Positions 58,322 through 64,000 of a stretch of DNA of 64,000 nt are shown one piece after another. The DNA comes from Candidatus Pacearchaeota archaeon (GTDB lineage: Archaea > Nanobdellota > Nanobdellia > Pacearchaeales > GW2011-AR1): the NCBI GenBank assembly GCA_050124795.1, contig JASFEO010000002.1, positions 1 to 64,000 of the forward strand. Direction: 5' to 3'. The notes beneath the pieces were generated by a model. It worked only from the letters and a program-made list of their open reading frames with translations. It was not told the origin of the DNA and did no database searches. Positions within the stretch are counted from its first letter, which is position 1, and every line of letters starts with the position of its first letter. A program made the position numbers and the translations under genes.

Positions 58322-60685
58322 TTATGCAGTTGTAGTAACAAGAGTTGCACTTGTAGATGAAGTTCCCTTGTATTCTTTGCCTGTATCTACTGTTTGGGTA
58401 GTCAAGTATTTAGCAGCATTAACTGTATCTGCAGCTTCATAACCAGCAACAACTAAAGCAATCTTGCCAGTAGAGTATGCTCCACTAACACCTTTAATCA
58501 GGAATTGTCCTGATCCTACTCCAGTTGCAGTTGTAAAGGCACTTCCACAAGTTCCTTGTGAAACACCCAATGCAGTCGCAGCAGCCGAATTAATGCAACT
58601 TCCACCAACAATAACTAAGTTCTTTGAACTTACACTGCTGACTTCAGTATCCTTAACAAGAACTTCTCCAAGTTGTGTGCCTGAACTAGTTGATCCACTT
58701 GAACCAGCAGTAACAGTTGTACTAGGAGCAGTTACATAAACTTCCCCAAATGCTTCGTCGCCATGGTATGTAATCTGGAATTCATATTGGTCTCCGGATT
58801 TATCCCATAATAGTTCTGAGGCAAGAGCAGTATACTTGAAACTTCTCCATACTTTTGTACTTAGAATTTCATCAAAAGTAACTGATTCGTTTCCTACATC
58901 ACTTACATAAGCTTCTTTTGTAGAAGCAGAGTTCCAACCAAGTTGAGCAGTAATGTTCCCACCATCTCCGATATTACCATTCTTGTCTTCTTCACAGAAG
59001 ATAAGATCATAAGTTGGTATATTATGCAAGGGTGTTGCTGTAAGATTCAAATAACCTGAACCTGCAGTAGCACTATCATAAGGTAGGAAAACTTCTAATC
59101 CTTCTTTTGAATAAAGAGTGTGGAAGTTTACACTTGTTCCACCTGTAATAGAAACTGTTTTTTGAGTTTTTTCAACTGTTCCAAGTGTTAGTTCTACATT
59201 TCCTATTGAAGCGACATCATCAGGTTTTCCTTCTACCTTTACATCACTCCAAGAACCATCTTTTCTGTATTGGATTGTAGTTTTATTCACACTATTTTCT
59301 GTTTTGAAATTAGTTGCTCTCATTAAATAAGATTCTGCATTTGTTCCATCATTAAATGATGCTACAAAATAGTCATCTGTATCTCCATCAAAAACAATAA
59401 CATTTGACATGTTTGTTCTTAATTTATGAGTTGCATCTTTACCAATACCAGTCCAGTTCAAACTATCTCCATATAAAATAGCAATATCTTCAGTACTATC
59501 TTTTAATGGAAAGTCCTCTAAGGTCATGTAAGTAGTTCCGCCATGTTTAACAGTAACCACTTCTTCAGTAGGATAAAGCATACCTGTAGTAGTTAATTTA
59601 ACTGCTTCAAAACCAGGCATTAAAACTTCACTATCTGGAGTCACGAATAAATCATCTTCTGCCTTCCATTCAATTACAATCGAACTAATTGTTGCAGGGT
59701 CTGCAGCGGTTGTAGTAATGAATGTTTTCATGTCAGAAATAGATTCATCATTTATCTCTATATCTGTATCATGTTTAAGGACTAATTTACCAGTTCCCAC
59801 ACTGAATTCAACAGTCTTTGTTCCTCCAGCGTAATCCTGAACATTAATTTCTTTAATTCCAACATAATCTCCGCCACTTAACTTCTGAGTTTCTGCAGCA
59901 GCTAAACTATTTGTTATTTCTCCGTCAACATTTAATTTAACTGAACTACTTCCAATAAAAGAGATAGAAACTTCGTGACCATTTACCGTAGCTGTTTCAC
60001 CTTCTGATAAAGTAGTTGTTTGGGCAGAGTCAAGCAGGTTTATTGTAGTATTAGCTGTTGAACTTAATACGAAATATTCTTTTCCCATTAATTCAATAGT
60101 TGTTGTATCAATATCATCCCATTCTGGCTCATCAGTAAAGTCAACTGTATAGTTTAATACATGAGCCGCGCTTGCGATTCTAATCCCGACTGTTGGTTCA
60201 TCTGACTTATAATCATTGTCTTCAAACATTGCTAAAGTTAGATTAGCCATATCAATTTTCTGAGTATAGTCTTGTTCATCATTATCGCTATCAACATATT
60301 TTCCATCTGCTAAAAGAACTGGAAGTCCGCTTCCAGGACTATCATCTGTAATTGCAGTTGCAACAATATCAGTTACTCCTTTACCTAATTGGAACTTTGT
60401 TGAAGATTTTTCTATCTTAACACTATCTCCTCCGCTTGTAGTTGATGTAGATGCACTGGTTCCGCCACCTAAGTAAGACTGCAAATTTGTCTGAATGTTT
60501 CCTGCCTGGATTACATCAAGTGAAGAAACTCCTGAGCCAGTTCCATAAACAATAGCTACATTAGCGCTTCCTCCTGACACAAATGGTGCGGGATAACTTG
60601 CAGCAGCAGCAAACCCAATAGTCGAAACAGCCATTAAACCACAACTTAAAACCGAAGTTATTTTTCTAAAGTTTAATTTTCTCAT
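58322..60685 (-). CDS. S-layer protein
   Basis: Signal peptide, YPAPFV/IVYG N-domain, NLVIVGGSCIN and VAGYEAADT C-domain; Thr/Ser/Asp-rich. Confidence 0.88.
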   Translation of the reverse strand: MRKLNFRKITSVLSCGLMAVSTIGFAAAASYPAPFVSGGSANVAIVYGTGSGVSSLDVIQAGNIQTNLQSYLGGGTSASTSTTSGGDSVKIEKSSTKFQLGKGVTDIVATAITDDSPGSGLPVLLADGKYVDSDNDEQDYTQKIDMANLTLAMFEDNDYKSDEPTVGIRIASAAHVLNYTVDFTDEPEWDDIDTTTIELMGKEYFVLSSTANTTINLLDSAQTTTLSEGETATVNGHEVSISFIGSSSVKLNVDGEITNSLAAAETQKLSGGDYVGIKEINVQDYAGGTKTVEFSVGTGKLVLKHDTDIEINDESISDMKTFITTTAADPATISSIVIEWKAEDDLFVTPDSEVLMPGFEAVKLTTTGMLYPTEEVVTVKHGGTTYMTLEDFPLKDSTEDIAILYGDSLNWTGIGKDATHKLRTNMSNVIVFDGDTDDYFVASFNDGTNAESYLMRATNFKTENSVNKTTIQYRKDGSWSDVKVEGKPDDVASIGNVELTLGTVEKTQKTVSITGGTSVNFHTLYSKEGLEVFLPYDSATAGSGYLNLTATPLHNIPTYDLIFCEEDKNGNIGDGGNITAQLGWNSASTKEAYVSDVGNESVTFDEILSTKVWRSFKYTALASELLWDKSGDQYEFQITYHGDEAFGEVYVTAPSTTVTAGSSGSTSSGTQLGEVLVKDTEVSSVSSKNLVIVGGSCINSAAATALGVSQGTCGSAFTTATGVGSGQFLIKGVSGAYSTGKIALVVAGYEAADTVNAAKYLTTQTVDTGKEYKGTSSTSATLVTTTA

Positions 60686-61136
60686 TTTTTAACCTCCTTT
60701 CAACTCTATTCAATTTGTGTTGTCTATGACAACAACCCCAACCAAATAGTCATAGGGTAAACCATTTTTCGTTGAGTGAATTTAATTACTGAAAAATTTT
60801 TCATTTTCAGTTTTACTGTTCATTGTTTCCAATGAAATTCCCTATAGAACACCTTTAAGGTGTATTAGAAAAAACCTAATTTTCTTTAAAAACCTTATTC
60901 TCTTCTTTTTCGGTTTAGGTTAGATATATACTCAAAATACTGGTTTTACTTATAAATGCTTCGTTATCACTTAATTATTAATACACTATTCTATTTTTCT
61001 ATGTTTCCGGCGAAAACAAAAGATTTATTAATATATAGTTATTAAGTTTAATATATATTAAAGATTAACATATAACTATAAAATATATACTTAAGATCTA
61101 TAATTTAAAATAATAGATATATGAAATTTAATCAAA

Positions 61137-61490
61137 ATGGCAAAATCAAAAACACGGGAAATTACAATTAATACGTCGAGAGGAGGATTTTCTCTTTTTA
61201 AAAAATCTTCATCTTCAAAAAAAGATTATGATTTTTCAGGAGTCCTTGCATTAAGGCAGCTTTTGAGCAATGAAAAAGCAAGAATTTTGCATACAATAAA
61301 AACTCAAAAACCAATATCAATTTATGGCTTGGCAAAAAAATTAAACAGAGGATTTAAATCAGTAAATGATGATATAAAACTCCTTAAAAGATTTGGATTT
61401 ATTGAACTTGTTGAAGAAAAAACTAAAAAAAGAATTAGACACAGACCAGAGATAATCGTAGACACAATGACAATTCATTTTAAAATCTAG
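61137..61490 (+). CDS. HTH transcriptional regulator
   Basis: SIYGLAKKLNRGFKSVNDDIKLL. Confidence 0.8.
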   Translation: MAKSKTREITINTSRGGFSLFKKSSSSKKDYDFSGVLALRQLLSNEKARILHTIKTQKPISIYGLAKKLNRGFKSVNDDIKLLKRFGFIELVEEKTKKRIRHRPEIIVDTMTIHFKI

Positions 61491-61545
61491 TCTGTCTAAA
61501 ATTGATCTTCCGAAGGAATTTCGCAATGACAATTCATTTTAAAAT
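61465..61545. repeat. 22-bp direct repeat flanking 37 bp
   Basis: CAATGACAATTCATTTTAAAAT at 61465-61486 and 61524-61545. Confidence 0.85.
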
Positions 61546-62070
61546 TTAATAATAAACATTAAAAATAATTTCAATATCCTCTTTTCCTAATTCCTGCAAG
61601 GAACTTTTATAATTATTTGTCGCATTCCCTTCACCAAATTCAAGCAAAATATCTCCTCTTGAAGAAATCTTTAAATTATACCCCTTTATCGGACTATCTT
61701 CATAGACTTGCCAGGAATTTTCTATAATATTTTCCAAATCATCTTTCAAAATATCACATGTTTTTTGTTCATCAAGGCATTTCTCTTTTCTTTCACAGGC
61801 AATAATCAGTTTTTCAATTGAATAATACTGCGGCTCATAACTATCTGCGCAATCTGTTGTATATTGCAAAAATGATTGAATAAAGCTCTCAATTTCATAA
61901 CTCTCAACATTTTCAAACTCTGGGTTCTTTAAAGAATACCCCAAAAATACTAATAACACAACCGCAACAATTATAATAATCAGCGCAAAACCAATCATCT
62001 CTTCCTGCCCGGTTTTATTCTTTAACCAATTTCCAAAATTTCTCAATATTTTTTTAGATTTTTTTAGCAT
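61546..62070 (-). CDS. Class III signal-peptide (pilin-like) protein
   Basis: KTG/QEEMIGF followed by a hydrophobic helix. Confidence 0.7.
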   Translation of the reverse strand: MLKKSKKILRNFGNWLKNKTGQEEMIGFALIIIIVAVVLLVFLGYSLKNPEFENVESYEIESFIQSFLQYTTDCADSYEPQYYSIEKLIIACERKEKCLDEQKTCDILKDDLENIIENSWQVYEDSPIKGYNLKISSRGDILLEFGEGNATNNYKSSLQELGKEDIEIIFNVYY

Positions 62071-62594
62071 TCTTCTCCATAATTATATTTTATCATAATT
62101 TTTCCCACCTCGCATTTATCATAACTTCTTCCTTCATAAGTTTCCTTTCTGCACAAAGACACAAAATTTGAAACATAAACCCCTTCGCCTTCATCTTCAC
62201 TTACCTTGATTACATTACAATCAGGATAATTTCCTCTGTCACACTCCCTGTCCTTGTCTTCAGGATAAATTTTTCTTATTTCAATATTTGTTACATCCCA
62301 AAATCCTTTATATTCTTTCATGCTATCTTTCAAAATCAGGACTTTATCTGTGTCGATACAGTTCACCCTTGTGCCGCCAAATGCCTCTCCGCATGAAAAC
62401 TCAGGAGAATTCGCAAGTTTTGTTGCAAGAAGCACAGCATTTTTCTCGCAAAGTTCTGTAGCAGATTTTTTTATTCCTGAAAACGAAATCACCAAAAGAA
62501 ACATCCCCACAAGAACAAAAAACAAGGTCACAGCTATCAACATAAAAGTCATTTGTTGTATTTTCATTTGCCCCCTCTTTTTTTCTTTTTTCAT
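62064..62594 (-). CDS. Class III signal-peptide (pilin-like) protein
   Basis: KRG/QMKIQQM followed by a hydrophobic helix. Confidence 0.7.
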   Translation of the reverse strand: MKKEKKRGQMKIQQMTFMLIAVTLFFVLVGMFLLVISFSGIKKSATELCEKNAVLLATKLANSPEFSCGEAFGGTRVNCIDTDKVLILKDSMKEYKGFWDVTNIEIRKIYPEDKDRECDRGNYPDCNVIKVSEDEGEGVYVSNFVSLCRKETYEGRSYDKCEVGKIMIKYNYGEEC

Positions 62595-62595
62595 T

Positions 62596-63522
62596 TTACC
62601 ATAATTTGCAGCTTGCAAGATTATTTTCTCGTCCAACCTCTTCAGAAATCATGCTAATAACCTTAAGCTCCTTTGAACTCTCAAGACCCTCGGCAATTGT
62701 TGCAAGACTTAATAAATTTAAATTAGAATCACAATCCTTTTTTAAAACGAATTTAGACTTGCCCCCATATAAATTTGCAAGACTATTCAATCTTTTCATA
62801 AGCCTTTTTATCTGGCACTCATAAACCTCTTCTTCTGAAAATATCGCAGCATACATTAATGCGCCCCCGTAAAAATCAATTGTTCCATTATTTTTAAAAA
62901 CCTGTTTTGTTGCAAGATTAACCTTTATGTCGCAGCTTCCTGAAAAACAAACCTTTATTGCATTTTTCGAACAATTCCCAACAAGCAAATTTGGCTGATT
63001 AAGAAATAAAAGTTCTTCCTCAATTTCCCCAGGCGAATTTAAAAAACAATACTCCTCCTCTGAAGAAGTGATAATAATTAAATCACTTACCTTAAATGGC
63101 ATGAAAAATGGTTTTGAAAACACATAAAATTTCTCCCCTTCTGTATACCCCTCTGAAAAAATATATTTATTTGAAAAACCAGGATTAATATTTGTTTCAC
63201 TCCACTGATTAAAATTCTTTTGTGAAACTTTTATTATTTGCCTTCCAAATTCTCCGTTCGTGTTGCACAAATTATAAATTCTTGTCTCCGTAGGAAAACT
63301 CAGTGAATTTGTCTTGCCGGATTCAAAACCAGTCTCAAGAGGATTTAATAAAACTCCAATCTCCTTTCCTGTCTTAGCATCCTGAATTGTCTGCTCTGTT
63401 TTAATTAACTTTGTTGAAAGAAAAATAGCTAGGAACAAAATAACTGCTCCGACTAAAAGCGCAAAAAGCCATGCAAAAGAAATCTGCAAATAACCCCTTT
63501 TATTTCTAATCCTCTTTTTCAT
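62596..63522 (-). CDS. Class III signal-peptide (pilin-like) protein
   Basis: KRG/YLQISFAWLF followed by a hydrophobic helix; Cys-rich. Confidence 0.7.
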   Translation of the reverse strand: MKKRIRNKRGYLQISFAWLFALLVGAVILFLAIFLSTKLIKTEQTIQDAKTGKEIGVLLNPLETGFESGKTNSLSFPTETRIYNLCNTNGEFGRQIIKVSQKNFNQWSETNINPGFSNKYIFSEGYTEGEKFYVFSKPFFMPFKVSDLIIITSSEEEYCFLNSPGEIEEELLFLNQPNLLVGNCSKNAIKVCFSGSCDIKVNLATKQVFKNNGTIDFYGGALMYAAIFSEEEVYECQIKRLMKRLNSLANLYGGKSKFVLKKDCDSNLNLLSLATIAEGLESSKELKVISMISEEVGRENNLASCKLW

Positions 63523-63576
63523 GTAATAATTAAATAAAAAAACTTTAAGAATGTTTTTATGGTTTGTTTTAAATTT

Positions 63577-64000
63577 TTATCTCTCAATAATAACTCCTTC
63601 CTCGCCATAATCTCTTTTTATTGTTAATATAACTTTCCCGTCAATATTCTCAATACAATAAGGATTTTCCTTCCTTGTGATGTTTTCTATATTAATATGT
63701 TTTATTTCAACTGCATTAAGACCTTGCGCAGAACCAATCGGATAAAAAATCAAATTCTCAAATTCATAATAAACCTGCCTTAATTTTATAAACAAATCCT
63801 GATTATCTCCTCTTGAAGGCGCAGAAAAATCAATAAAACATGCAAGCTCAACTTTCCTCGGCAATTTATATCCGTCAGGATCCCTAAGAGAACCCGAGCC
63901 TCTCCAAATTTTATCAATATCATTTTCTAAATCTTCCTTAAATATCAATACCTTGCTTTGACTCTGGCTTTGAAGTAGAAGTTTAATCACGTAAAATGCA
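63577..64000 (-). CDS. Hypothetical protein (5' part likely outside the window), probably in the same surface cluster
   Basis: Open frame to the window edge; NPYCIEN segment. Confidence 0.6.
   Translation of the reverse strand, partial: AFYVIKLLLQSQSQSKVLIFKEDLENDIDKIWRGSGSLRDPDGYKLPRKVELACFIDFSAPSRGDNQDLFIKLRQVYYEFENLIFYPIGSAQGLNAVEIKHINIENITRKENPYCIENIDGKVILTIKRDYGEEGVIIER

Overview
This AT-rich window looks like a DPANN archaeal chromosome, most likely Pacearchaeota, judged from the archaeal r-protein set, AMP phosphorylase, a pacearchaeosortase-like gene, an S-layer gene and class III signal-peptide genes. It holds the L3-L15/SecY ribosomal super-operon, the L1-L10-L12 cluster, the ftsZ-secE-spt5-L11 and L37ae-rpoP-prefoldin clusters, tRNA-Ser(TGA), tRNA-Pro(TGG), dTDP-sugar genes and two toxin-antitoxin pairs. 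Three things stand out. (1) Short, same-strand, tightly coupled orphan ORFs fill 17 of the 22 junctions of the r-protein operon and recur in other core operons. They share stop/start junction sequences, a repeated 3' motif (TTCCGACGAAGGAGG) and, in some cases, flanking direct repeats, which suggests systematic gene capture into core operons. (2) A distributed diversity-generating retroelement (DGR) has two VR/TR pairs whose mismatches all fall at TR adenines. One pair has no adjacent RT, no avd gene is visible, and the two target-to-TR spacers are conserved. (3) The only full-length DGR reverse transcriptase is out of frame at a (CT)14 tract, while a truncated second copy is in frame with (CT)13. 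The tract lies inside a covarying stem-loop element that also occurs free-standing next to tRNA-Pro. All protein calls come from motif recognition by eye; no database search was run.
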